Positions 6,522-14,931 of a stretch of 46,474 nt of DNA are shown piece by piece. The notes beneath the pieces were generated by a model that was not told the origin of the DNA, made no database searches, and worked only from the letters and a program-made list of their open reading frames with translations. Made by a program: the position numbers and the translations under genes. Each line of letters opens with the position of its first letter. Position 1 is the first letter of the stretch. Source of the DNA: a virus; the IMG/VR virus record IMGVR_UViG_3300049186_000011. One strand, 5' to 3'.

Positions 6522-6967
6522 ACCAGTCCCACGAAGACCGCGTAGCCGACCGGCCACCGCACCTGTGCGCCGCTTACGGCTGCCCGCTCAACGGCAGCAT
6601 GAGCAGCAGCATCGGCAGCGACGAGTGGTACTGCCCCTGTCACTTCGGGCAGGCCTTCGGCGCAATGCAGGCCATCACCGCCGAAATCAACCGCAATCCC
6701 CTGCTGGTGCGCTGCATCAACGACATGCGTGCTGGGGCCCTCATGCCACGTCGCCAATGGATCGACATCGGCCGGCGCATCAAGGCCGATCTGGCTGCCG
6801 CGCAGATGGACGAGTTGGCGCCCATTACTGGCGAACGTGCAGGCCTTTGGATGGCCCGCATCGAGCTTGAGTTGCGCAAACGGTGCTGGGTTCACATGGT
6901 CCCGGCGCCGCCACCAACCCAGGCAGAGGCGTTCACGCAAGTCCAGTTCGACATACCGGAGTTTTGA
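6518..6967 (+). CDS. Hypothetical Cys-rich protein
   Basis: 149 aa, CAAYGCPLNG...WYCPCH cluster. Confidence 0.6.
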   Translation: MNQSHEDRVADRPPHLCAAYGCPLNGSMSSSIGSDEWYCPCHFGQAFGAMQAITAEINRNPLLVRCINDMRAGALMPRRQWIDIGRRIKADLAAAQMDELAPITGERAGLWMARIELELRKRCWVHMVPAPPPTQAEAFTQVQFDIPEF

Positions 6968-6969
6968 AA

Positions 6970-7749
6970 ATGACAACTGAGCGAGACCAATTCGCGCACC
7001 CGCGCGGCAATGCGCCAACTTTGATGCTGGGGGACTGCCTGACACGTATGCGTGAGATACCTTCCGATACCGTTGATCTGATCTTGGCTGACCTGCCATA
7101 TGGCGTCACACGTTGCGCATGGGATTCTGTGATCCCGCTTCCCTCGCTGTGGGAGCAATACTGCCGTGTGCTGCGGCCGCGCGGCGCTGTCGTACTGACC
7201 GCCATGCAGCCGTTCGCCAGCGCCCTGGTGATGAGTAAGCCAGATTGGTTTCTATACGACTGGGTTTGGGAAAAAGGCAACGCGACCGGCTTTTTGAACG
7301 CGAAGAGAGCACCACTGCGCGCGCATGAGTCAGTGTTGGTATTCGCGCCAAGGCAGCCAACTTACAACCCACAGTTCACGCACGGACATGCTCGCAAGAC
7401 GGCGAAGCGCAAGACCGTAAACAGCGAATGCTATGGCAAGGCGTTGAAGCTGGTCGACTATGACTCGACCAGTCGGTACCCGCGCAGCGTCCAGTTTTTC
7501 TCGAGCGACAAGCAGCGCGGCAACTTCCATCCGACGCAGAAGCCTATGAGATTGATGGAATACCTCATACGCACATATTCAAATCCTGGCGACCTGGTGC
7601 TGGACAATGCAATGGGTAGCGGCACTACGGGGGTAGCGTGCCGCAATACCGGGCGCGTGTTCATCGGCATTGAGAGCGACGCTGCCTATTTCGCCATCGC
7701 GCAACGACGCATTTTTCTACCACTTGAACTCGCAGTGGAGGCCGCATGA
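6970..7749 (+). CDS. DNA methyltransferase (N6-adenine/N4-cytosine type, beta-class motif order)
   Basis: LILADLPYG (DPPY-like) lies upstream of HPTQKP and DNAMGSGTTGVA (the FxGxG AdoMet motif). Confidence 0.9.
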   Translation: MTTERDQFAHPRGNAPTLMLGDCLTRMREIPSDTVDLILADLPYGVTRCAWDSVIPLPSLWEQYCRVLRPRGAVVLTAMQPFASALVMSKPDWFLYDWVWEKGNATGFLNAKRAPLRAHESVLVFAPRQPTYNPQFTHGHARKTAKRKTVNSECYGKALKLVDYDSTSRYPRSVQFFSSDKQRGNFHPTQKPMRLMEYLIRTYSNPGDLVLDNAMGSGTTGVACRNTGRVFIGIESDAAYFAIAQRRIFLPLELAVEAA

Positions 7750-8222
7750 ACATCCTGGCCATCGACATTGGCGCGCAGTGTGGCTGGGCGCTGGGGACGC
7801 GTGATGGCGCCGTGAAGGCCGGCAGCGAGTCGTTCGCCCCTGCCAAGCACGGCGGCCAGGGGCAGCGCTGGCTGGCTTTCCGGCAGTGGCTGACCGACAC
7901 CGGCCGCGCTGCGGGTGAGGTGCACGCCGTGTACTACGAGGACGTGAAGCGGCATGAGGGCGTGCTGGCTGCGCATGCGTACGGCGGCTTCCTGGCGATG
8001 CTTCAGGCGTGGTGCGCGGCCAATCGCATACCGATGTACGCCGTGGGCGTGGGCGCGATCAAGAAGCACTGGACGGGCAAGGGCAACGCGGACAAGACCG
8101 CGATGATCGATGAGGCCAAGCGCCGTGGCTACACGCCGGTTGACGATAACCATGCCGACGCTCTGGCCCTGCTGTCGTTCGCACGCCAGGCCGAAGGCAA
8201 GGCCGAAGCAGCACCGTTTTGA
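7746..8222 (+). CDS. RuvC-like Holliday junction resolvase
   Basis: MNILAIDIGAQCGWALG...VYYEDV...DDNHADALALL, carrying the RuvC-fold acidic motifs. Confidence 0.8.
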   Translation: MNILAIDIGAQCGWALGTRDGAVKAGSESFAPAKHGGQGQRWLAFRQWLTDTGRAAGEVHAVYYEDVKRHEGVLAAHAYGGFLAMLQAWCAANRIPMYAVGVGAIKKHWTGKGNADKTAMIDEAKRRGYTPVDDNHADALALLSFARQAEGKAEAAPF

Positions 8223-8237
8223 GGGGGAGGGTTTGAC

Positions 8238-8336
8238 ATGTGGGCATTGACAATCGTGGCACTGGCCGGTGGCATCGTCGGCTGGGTTCTGTACGACATC
8301 ATCAGCGAAGTGCTGGGCATCTGGAGGGGTAAGTGA
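8238..8336 (+). CDS. Small membrane peptide (32 aa; below the ORF-track cutoff)
   Basis: GGGGGAGG precedes ATG 8238. MWALTIVALAGGIVGWVLYDIISEVLGIWRGK. Confidence 0.4.
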   Translation: MWALTIVALAGGIVGWVLYDIISEVLGIWRGK

Positions 8337-8734
8337 TAGGGGCAACCGCAAAGGCAGAGCAGTTCTTCACACGCTCCGCAAATGAATCGACAAAGGGCTC
8401 CCGCAAAGGCTTTGATCTGCTTGGCGGGGGTGAAGACCCTCTCTCGGTACTGACCACAGAGGAACAAAGGGACTCGCTGGTAGCCCGCTACAAGGGCCTG
8501 CAGAAGCAACTCGAAGCGGCAAAGGCAAAAGGCGACAAAGCGCTCATCAAATCAATCGGGTTCGATATAGCGAATACCTCTCGCGAGATAAACGGTTGCA
8601 GGCCAAAAACGCGATCCTCTCCAGAAGTTGGACAGTTCTTCATCGACATATGCCGAGAGCAAATGCCTAAGCTGCAATTCCACCAAATCATGGACGAGGC
8701 ATCGCGCCGCTGGAGGGAGAAAAATGGAAACTGA
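8333..8734 (+). CDS. Hypothetical protein, paralog A of 37618..38106 (first 33 codons nucleotide-identical)
   Basis: GTG start. MIGATAKAEQFFTRSANESTKGSRKGFDLLGGG... then diverged. The C-terminal FIDICREQMPKLQFHQIMDEASRR resembles the paralog's FMDVAVETLTKAQFSTLLKAARQR. Confidence 0.7.
   Translation: MIGATAKAEQFFTRSANESTKGSRKGFDLLGGGEDPLSVLTTEEQRDSLVARYKGLQKQLEAAKAKGDKALIKSIGFDIANTSREINGCRPKTRSSPEVGQFFIDICREQMPKLQFHQIMDEASRRWREKNGN
8334..8432. repeat. 99-bp perfect inverted repeat, copy 1 (partner 38007..38105)
   Basis: Checked base by base: tgataggggcaaccgcaaaggcagagcagttcttcacacgctccgcaaatgaatcgacaaagggctcccgcaaaggctttgatctgcttggcgggggtg. Confidence 0.95.
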
Positions 8735-8912
8735 CTACCAACTCAAGGCGCTCTATCGCCTTCCGCGCGGCACGCTGACCTACGCCGAAGAAAGCGAGGT
8801 GCTGAACTGGGCTGAGCGCGCAGGCACTGACCATTTCGACACGTCCCGGCTGATGCAGAAATCACGCGAGCGGATCACGACGCTGTTTCACAAACATTTC
8901 GAGGTGCGGTGA
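8724..8912 (+). CDS. Hypothetical protein
   Basis: GGAGGGAG precedes ATG 8724. 62 aa, METDYQLKALYRLPRGTL... Confidence 0.6.
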   Translation: METDYQLKALYRLPRGTLTYAEESEVLNWAERAGTDHFDTSRLMQKSRERITTLFHKHFEVR

Positions 8913-9100
8913 TGGCGAACAAGAAAAATGTCAGGGTTTCCTGTTTCTCCGTCACCGGGGAACTCATTGCAAGCTATGAGTCCATGGCACTGGGGGCGCA
9001 GGCATCGGGGGTATCCCGCCAAGCGATATACAACGCCATCAAAAAGGGAACGTGCGTGAACGGGTTCCGGTGGCAGTACGAAAGCAAGAGGGGGCAGTGA
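8909..9100 (+). CDS. NUMOD1-like HTH DNA-binding protein
   Basis: 63 aa, ...FSVTGELIASYESMALGAQASGVSRQAIYNAIKKGTCVNGFRWQY. Confidence 0.45.
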   Translation: MMANKKNVRVSCFSVTGELIASYESMALGAQASGVSRQAIYNAIKKGTCVNGFRWQYESKRGQ

Positions 9101-9294
9101 TGGCAGTCCTAAACGCACACGCCAACGTGGTCTCGTTCTACGGCTACGCCCAACTGGCCAATGGCGGCATGAACATGCGCCAACTGGCCGGCATCGCCAA
9201 CACGCCAGAGCCGCGCCTAGCTCGTGCGCGTCGCATCGCCGCAGAGGTGCGCGCCCGTCACCCGGAAATGCAGGTGCGGAGGATCGCGCCATGA
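9100..9294 (+). CDS. Hypothetical protein
   Basis: ATG 9100 overlaps the upstream TGA. 64 aa. Confidence 0.5.
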   Translation: MAVLNAHANVVSFYGYAQLANGGMNMRQLAGIANTPEPRLARARRIAAEVRARHPEMQVRRIAP

Positions 9295-9473
9295 AAGCCC
9301 TACCTTTCCGCTTCTACCGCGACCCACTCGACGCACTCATCGCACAGGAGGAACAGACATGCAAAGGATGCCACTGGCGCCGCGTCATCGACCGCAACTT
9401 GCAGTGCACGAACCCGCGTGTGGCGGAAGCGGACACGGACAAGCGCTGCACGGACTACGAGGAACGCGAGTGA
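9291..9473 (+). CDS. Hypothetical small Cys-containing protein
   Basis: 60 aa, ...CKGCHWRRVIDRNLQCTNP... Confidence 0.5.
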   Translation: MKALPFRFYRDPLDALIAQEEQTCKGCHWRRVIDRNLQCTNPRVAEADTDKRCTDYEERE

Positions 9474-9847
9474 CACAACGCAAGGACATCGGCGCGCGGC
9501 TGGAGAACTGGGCCCGCTGGGCAACATCCAAGTCCAGGCGTGGGGCCGATAGCATGACTGGCGCTGTGTGCGAACGCATGCGGCGTGCGAGCCTGGGCGA
9601 TGTCTGGTCCGGTCACGAAGTGCGCGACGAGACTGACGACGCGGACGCATACCGCATCGAGCAAGGCATGCGCAAGTTGACCGTGCAGCACCGGCTGATG
9701 CTGCACTGGTGCTACATCGAGCAGGCACGGCCCGAGATTGTGTGCCGCAAGCTGTCGATTCCTGTGCGGCCAGCGAGTGAGTTTGTGGAGCGCTTCCGCG
9801 CGGCGCAGGCAGCGATTGAGGACATCGTAGACAACGGGAATCTGTAA
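9470..9847 (+). CDS. Putative late-gene regulator (antiterminator Q-like)
   Basis: GTG 9470 overlaps the upstream stop. ...IGARLENWARWA...LMLHWCYIEQARPEIVCRKLSIPVR... Last regulator-like gene before the late promoter and terminator. Confidence 0.4.
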   Translation: MTQRKDIGARLENWARWATSKSRRGADSMTGAVCERMRRASLGDVWSGHEVRDETDDADAYRIEQGMRKLTVQHRLMLHWCYIEQARPEIVCRKLSIPVRPASEFVERFRAAQAAIEDIVDNGNL

Positions 9848-9892
9848 CGCGCTGCCCTGCCGCGATCTGCGGGGCATTACTGGGGATTCAAA

Positions 9893-10399
9893 ATGGAATT
9901 TATAGAAACAATCGCTTTACTGGCCCTCGTTATCTTGACGTTCCTCATGCTGATTAAATCAGCGAAAAGGAAGGTGGAGGCAGAGCGGAAACAAATGGAT
10001 GACATAAAAGAGGCTGAGCGCCGGCTGTCTGAACTGCGCTTGGCGGCGATAAACGCGCAATCGCAGGACGCGCGCAAGGTGGCATCGACAACCACCACGG
10101 CGCCGAAGCCAACCAGGACCGTGGTAACAAGTGTCACGAGCATCAGCGGAAATCAAAAAGTCCGACGTGAGGTAAATCAGCCACTGGATGACGATTTTCT
10201 TAATCCAACGAGCCTGAGAAGCCCGCTGAATCCGATCTACCAAACGCCTTCGTACGAATCGCCATCGCACCATCGATCCGATGACTGCGGTAGTAGCCAC
10301 TCCAGCAGCCATAGCCATTCGTCGCACAGCAGTTCCAGCGACCCCGGGTCGAGCAACTATTCCTGCGACAGCGGCAGCAGCTCCAGTAGCGACTTTTAA
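9893..10399 (+). CDS. Membrane-anchored protein with coiled region and Ser/His-rich low-complexity tail (moron-like)
   Basis: N-terminal TM segment MEFIETIALLALVILTFLMLI. C-terminus ...SPSHHRSDDCGSSHSSSHSHSSHSSSSDPGSSNYSCDSGSSSSSDF. The 5' part is AT-rich. Confidence 0.7.
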   Translation: MEFIETIALLALVILTFLMLIKSAKRKVEAERKQMDDIKEAERRLSELRLAAINAQSQDARKVASTTTTAPKPTRTVVTSVTSISGNQKVRREVNQPLDDDFLNPTSLRSPLNPIYQTPSYESPSHHRSDDCGSSHSSSHSHSSHSSSSDPGSSNYSCDSGSSSSSDF

Positions 10400-10428
10400 G
10401 CCGCCACTGCGCACGCTGCCAGAAAAAT

Positions 10429-10457
10429 TTGACAAAGTTTCCGAAGTGGACTAAATT
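10429..10457 (+). promoter_or_regulatory. Near-consensus sigma70 promoter (PR'-like late promoter)
   Basis: TTGACA (10429-10434), 17-nt spacer, TAAATT (10452-10457). Confidence 0.65.
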
Positions 10458-10532
10458 CCGCATCACAATTTACATCCGTCAACGACGCGTCAGGGTTCCC
10501 ACAGGGAGCCCCCGGCGTCCACGGAACACGAA

Positions 10533-10570
10533 AGCCCCGCGAACAGTAATGTTCCGGGGCTTTTTGCTTT
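10533..10570 (+). terminator. Strong rho-independent terminator (tR'-like) about 100 nt downstream of the late promoter
   Basis: AGCCCCG-C-GAACA [GTAA] TGTTC-CGGGGCT followed by TTTTGCTTT. Confidence 0.8.
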
Positions 10571-10663
10571 AAGGCAATGAATTCGCGTGCTGCGTTCGCA
10601 GCCGCACCGTAATGCCCTCGCCCATGCCGGGCGCACAGTCAGATTTCCCAAGGAAGCATCACC

Positions 10664-11071
10664 ATGTCATACGACCCCGAGTTGGCCGTGCGGTTCTGCG
10701 CGGCCCTTGCGGACGGAAAGCGCAGCATTCGCGCTATCTGCGCGCAAAAAGGCATGCCGAGCAAGGCCACCATTTTCCGCTGGCTGCGGGATGTGCCCGA
10801 GTTCCTGACGATGTACGAGCAGGCGAAGGACGAGCAGGCTGACACGTTTGTCGATGAGGTCGTGTCTATCGCGGACGAGTGCAAGCCCGATGCTGACTCG
10901 ATCAAAAAGGCGAAGCTGCGCATCTATGCGCGCATCGAGGCGGCGCAGAAGATGAAGCCGAAGAAGTACGGCCAGAAATTGCAGTTGGCTGGCGACGGCG
11001 GTGGGCCAATCCAGGCGGTGACACGAGTCGAACTCGTGCCGATGCAGAAAAATGACAGCGGCAAGGATTGA
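10664..11071 (+). CDS. terS: Terminase small subunit
   Basis: 135 aa, directly upstream of and overlapping TerL. N-terminal HTH-like ...RSIRAICAQKGMPSKATIFRWL... Confidence 0.8.
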   Translation: MSYDPELAVRFCAALADGKRSIRAICAQKGMPSKATIFRWLRDVPEFLTMYEQAKDEQADTFVDEVVSIADECKPDADSIKKAKLRIYARIEAAQKMKPKKYGQKLQLAGDGGGPIQAVTRVELVPMQKNDSGKD

Positions 11072-12377
11072 GATACCGGATGCATTGATCCCGGTGTTTT
11101 CCGGTGATGCCGATGTACGCGGCGCACACGGTGGCCGTGGGTCAGCAAAAACCCGGTCATTTGCCAAAATGCTCGCCGTGCGCGGCTACATGTTCGGCAT
11201 GGCCGGCATCAAGGGGCAATTGCTGTGCGCGCGCCAGTTCATGAACTCGCTGGACGATTCCAGCTTGGAAGAGTGCAAGCGCGCGATTGAGGACGAGCCT
11301 TGGCTGTCGGCGTGGTACGAGATTGGCGACAAATACATCCGCAGCCGGTGCGGCAGCATCTGGTTTGCGTTCGCCGGCCTGGATCGCAACATCGCCAGCG
11401 TTAAATCCAAGGGCCGCATCCTGATTTGCTGGGTGGACGAGGCCGAGCCAGTGACGGATGAGGCATTCACGACGCTGATCCCGACGCTGCGCGAAGAAGG
11501 CGACGACTGGAACGCGGAACTGTGGGTGACGTGGAACCCGAAGCGCAAAAATGCAGCGGTTGAAAAGCGCTTCCGGCAATCCAGTGACCCGCGCGTCAAG
11601 GTCGTGCAGTTGAACTGGCGGGATAACCCCAAATTCCCGGCCATGCTAGAGCGGCAGCGGCAGCGCGATCTGCGCGAGCGGCCAGACCAGTATGAGCATA
11701 TTTGGGAGGGCGACTACGCCACGGTGGTCGAGGGCGCCTACTACGCCATGAGCCTGACGAAAGCGCGCCAGGAACAGCGCATCGGCCGTGTTCCTGCGGA
11801 TCCGCTGATGACAATCCGGCTGTATTGCGACATTGGCGGTACCGGCGCCAGGGCGGACGCATTTGCGATGTGGGCCGCGCAATTCATCGGCAAGGAAATC
11901 CGGGTACTCAACTATTACGAGCGCGTAGGCCAGCCCCTGGCGGCGCACATCGAGTGGATGCGCGAGCAGGGGTACACGACAGCACGCACACAGATATGGC
12001 TGCCACACGACGGCAGTACCCAAGACAAGGTTTTCGACGTGTCCTATGCCAGCGCTCTACGCGCCGCAGGCTACACCGTGACCGTCATTCCGAACCAGGG
12101 CAAGGGGGCCGCAAAAGCGCGCATTGAGGCGGCGCGGCGGCGATTCCCTGCCATGTGGTTCAACGCTGACACGACAGAACCAGGGCGCGATGCGCTGGGC
12201 TGGTATCACGAAAAGCGCGACGAAGTGCGCAATGTTGGGCTGGGACCGGACCACGACTGGTCCAGCCATGGCGCCGATGCATTCGGATTGATGTGCGTGG
12301 CATACGAAGAGCAGTCCTTCGAAGAAGACGAACACGAAGAAGACCAAACCGGTCGATCAACAACAGGCGGCTACTGA
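11052..12377 (+). CDS. terL: Terminase large subunit
   Basis: 441 aa. Walker-A-like GGRGSAKTRS. C-terminal nuclease-like WLPHDG...SSHGADAF. Confidence 0.9.
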   Translation: MTAARIEIPDALIPVFSGDADVRGAHGGRGSAKTRSFAKMLAVRGYMFGMAGIKGQLLCARQFMNSLDDSSLEECKRAIEDEPWLSAWYEIGDKYIRSRCGSIWFAFAGLDRNIASVKSKGRILICWVDEAEPVTDEAFTTLIPTLREEGDDWNAELWVTWNPKRKNAAVEKRFRQSSDPRVKVVQLNWRDNPKFPAMLERQRQRDLRERPDQYEHIWEGDYATVVEGAYYAMSLTKARQEQRIGRVPADPLMTIRLYCDIGGTGARADAFAMWAAQFIGKEIRVLNYYERVGQPLAAHIEWMREQGYTTARTQIWLPHDGSTQDKVFDVSYASALRAAGYTVTVIPNQGKGAAKARIEAARRRFPAMWFNADTTEPGRDALGWYHEKRDEVRNVGLGPDHDWSSHGADAFGLMCVAYEEQSFEEDEHEEDQTGRSTTGGY

Positions 12378-14551
12378 TGGCATACGAAACAATGCAGGAC
12401 AGCGAGGTATCGGGCGACGGTGATGCAGCCGCTACGCCCGCTAAACGCGCGCCAGCGGAACTGCTGCAATCGTTCATCGGCCAGGACAACCTTGTGCCAA
12501 TGCTGGACGCCGATGTCGTGCAGAAGATCGGCATGGAGGTGGTGCGCGGCTATGACTTGGACAAAGCCAGCCGGGCGGATTGGGAGCGCCAGACGCAGAC
12601 CGCAATGGAATTGGCCATGCAGATCGCCAAGGAGAAATCCTGGCCATGGAAGAACGCTGCAAACGTCAAATACCCGCTGATTACCACGGCGGCCATCCAG
12701 TTCAGTGCCCGCGCCTACCCCGCCATTGTGCGCGGGGAGGAAGTTGTCAAGGGCATGGTGATCGGCCCCGACCCTGACGGCAAGAAGAAAGAGCGTGCCG
12801 ACCGCATCGGCCATCACATGTCTTACCAAGTCCTGGAGGAAATCGAGGACTGGGATGAAGAAATGGATAAGCTGCTGCTGCGCATGTCCATCGTCGGCTG
12901 CGAGTTCCGCAAGACGTACTTTGACCGCATGCTGGGCCGGCCATGCTCTGACCTTGCGGCGGCGCGCGATGTGGTTTTCGACCACGCGACACCGTGGAAG
13001 AAGCTGCGCCGCATCACGCACCGCATCGACCTATACAAAAACGATGTGGTCGAACGGGTTCGCGGCGGGCTGTTCGAGGAAGTCACGCTGGGCATGCCGG
13101 ATGGCATCGATCACGACGAGGACGGCGCCTATGAATTCCTGGAGCAGCAATGCTGGTATGACCTGGACGAAGACGGCTACAAAGAGCCCTACATCGTCAC
13201 GGTGCTGAAGGAAACCGGTGAAGTGGCGCGCATCATCGCCCGCTTTGACGAGGACGGCATCTACCTGAACGCCAAAGGCGAGGTGTCGAAGATCGAGCCG
13301 ACCGCCTATTTCACGAAGTTTGGCTTCATGCCGAATCCGGACGGCGGATCGTATGACGTTGGCCTGGGCCTGCTGCTGAACCCGATCAACGAAATGGTCA
13401 ACACGGTCCTGAACCAAATGCTGGACGCCGGCACGCTGGCAAACACTGGCGGCGGGTTCATCGGCAGCGGCTTGAAGATGAAAGGCGGCGTGGCGCGCTT
13501 CGCACCGGGCGAATACAAGCCCGTGGACGTGACCGGTGGCGCCATCCGGGACAACATCTACCACATGGAGCATCGCGGCCCCAACGCCGTCATGTTCCAG
13601 CTGCTGGGTCTCCTGATCGAGGCTGGCAAGGACATATCCAGTGTCAAGGACATCCTGACCGGCGACCAGCAGATCAACCAGACGGCGACGACGACGCTGG
13701 CACTGATCGAGCAGGGTCAAAAGGTATTCAGCGCGATCTACAAGCGCGTGCATCGTTCGCTGAAACAGGAGTTTGCGAAGCTGTTCCGGCTGAATCGCCT
13801 GTATCTGGAGCCAGAGGCGTACTACCGCTACATGGACAAGGTGGACACGATCTCCCTTGATGATTACCAAGGCGATGACACCGACGTGGCACCGGTCAGC
13901 GACCCTAATCTGGTCAGCGACGCGCAGGAATTGACCCGCGCCGAGGCACTGATGCAGTTCGCGCAAGACCCGTTCTTTGATCCCATGCAGTTGCGCCTGC
14001 GGTACCTGAAGGCGCTCAAGGTCGAAAACCCGGAACAACTGCTCCGCGAGCCAGGGCCAGCACCACAAGACCCGCAATTGATCAAGGTACAGGCTGACAT
14101 CGAAGCGCAGCGCGTGCAAGTCACCGCGCAGGCCGAAAAGATGATGGCCGAGAGCGAGAAGATTGCAGCAGAAGTAGAGAATTTGGCCGCGAAAGCGGCC
14201 GAACTGGAGGCCAGCACGGCACTCAAACTTGCGCAGGCTGGCTCGATTCAAATCGGGCCGCAGATTGACCTGCTCATGCAGCGCGTGCAACACATGCTGG
14301 ACCTCCAGAAAATAGCAGTGCAAGGCAAGGTTGACCAACAACAGGAGGCAGCAAATGCAGGACAAGGCGATGACGCAGGAAGAGTACCAGGAGTGGATGG
14401 CGCACCCACTGACCAAGAAGTTTCACCAGTTCCTGGCGGACAGCCGCCAGTCGATGATGGAGCAATGGGGACGGGGGGCACTGACGCCGCAGGAGTCGGT
14501 GACGTATTCGGAGCGATGCCAGATGGTGGCGGAAATCCTGGCGCTGCCTGA
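12377..14551 (+). CDS. Portal protein (P22 gp1-like in size and C-terminal helical region)
   Basis: 724 aa following TerL (TGATG overlap). ...NAANVKYPLITTAAIQFSARAYPAIV... Long helical C-terminus. The last 65 codons overlap the next gene out of frame. Confidence 0.8.
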   Translation: MAYETMQDSEVSGDGDAAATPAKRAPAELLQSFIGQDNLVPMLDADVVQKIGMEVVRGYDLDKASRADWERQTQTAMELAMQIAKEKSWPWKNAANVKYPLITTAAIQFSARAYPAIVRGEEVVKGMVIGPDPDGKKKERADRIGHHMSYQVLEEIEDWDEEMDKLLLRMSIVGCEFRKTYFDRMLGRPCSDLAAARDVVFDHATPWKKLRRITHRIDLYKNDVVERVRGGLFEEVTLGMPDGIDHDEDGAYEFLEQQCWYDLDEDGYKEPYIVTVLKETGEVARIIARFDEDGIYLNAKGEVSKIEPTAYFTKFGFMPNPDGGSYDVGLGLLLNPINEMVNTVLNQMLDAGTLANTGGGFIGSGLKMKGGVARFAPGEYKPVDVTGGAIRDNIYHMEHRGPNAVMFQLLGLLIEAGKDISSVKDILTGDQQINQTATTTLALIEQGQKVFSAIYKRVHRSLKQEFAKLFRLNRLYLEPEAYYRYMDKVDTISLDDYQGDDTDVAPVSDPNLVSDAQELTRAEALMQFAQDPFFDPMQLRLRYLKALKVENPEQLLREPGPAPQDPQLIKVQADIEAQRVQVTAQAEKMMAESEKIAAEVENLAAKAAELEASTALKLAQAGSIQIGPQIDLLMQRVQHMLDLQKIAVQGKVDQQQEAANAGQGDDAGRVPGVDGAPTDQEVSPVPGGQPPVDDGAMGTGGTDAAGVGDVFGAMPDGGGNPGAA

Positions 14552-14615
14552 CGACTACATCAGCGAGTTTTACCGCACCACCAAGGAAGGAGTGAACAAT
14601 GTACGCGAAGATTAA
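14355..14615 (+). CDS. Hypothetical protein (head module)
   Basis: AGGAGG lies 6 nt upstream of ATG 14355. MQDKAMTQEEYQEWMAHPLTKKFHQFLADSRQSMMEQWGRG... Hand-counted GC3 about 85%. Confidence 0.7.
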   Translation: MQDKAMTQEEYQEWMAHPLTKKFHQFLADSRQSMMEQWGRGALTPQESVTYSERCQMVAEILALPDDYISEFYRTTKEGVNNVRED

Positions 14616-14931
14616 AGAACTGGCCGACGAGGCACTGAAGCTGCAAAACAAAGACCGGATGGACTCGGCGCTGCATGAAATCAGCCTGATTTGCCTGGAG
14701 CGGATGCGCGAATGCAGCACGGTGCCGGCGGCGGTATTGCACTCGTATGATGGCGCAGATCGCGCCGCGTATAGCGACACGGACAAAGCGTCGCCAGTGC
14801 AGAATCCGATTGTTGTTGACGGCGCGCCCGGTGATGTCGTGAAGATCAGCGGCAGCCACAACACCGAAACCGGCGAAACAACTGTGCACTCGGTGAAGCT
14901 TGAAAAGCCCAAGAAAGGCGGTGCCAAATGA
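14599..14931 (+). CDS. Hypothetical protein
   Basis: 110 aa, MYAKIKELADEALKLQNKDRMD... Confidence 0.6.
   Translation: MYAKIKELADEALKLQNKDRMDSALHEISLICLERMRECSTVPAAVLHSYDGADRAAYSDTDKASPVQNPIVVDGAPGDVVKISGSHNTETGETTVHSVKLEKPKKGGAK

Noticed and set aside
13031-14416. Very long antisense ORFs opposite known genes (13031..14416, 17367..18926, 3619..4809, 18933..19661, 24451..25452, 6170..7099, 7686..8351 and others)
   Set aside because: These are typical stop-poor shadow frames in GC-rich DNA. Their translations are Arg/Gly/Ala/His-rich and featureless, whereas the opposite strand encodes recognisable portal, capsid, methyltransferase and virion proteins in tightly coupled operons.
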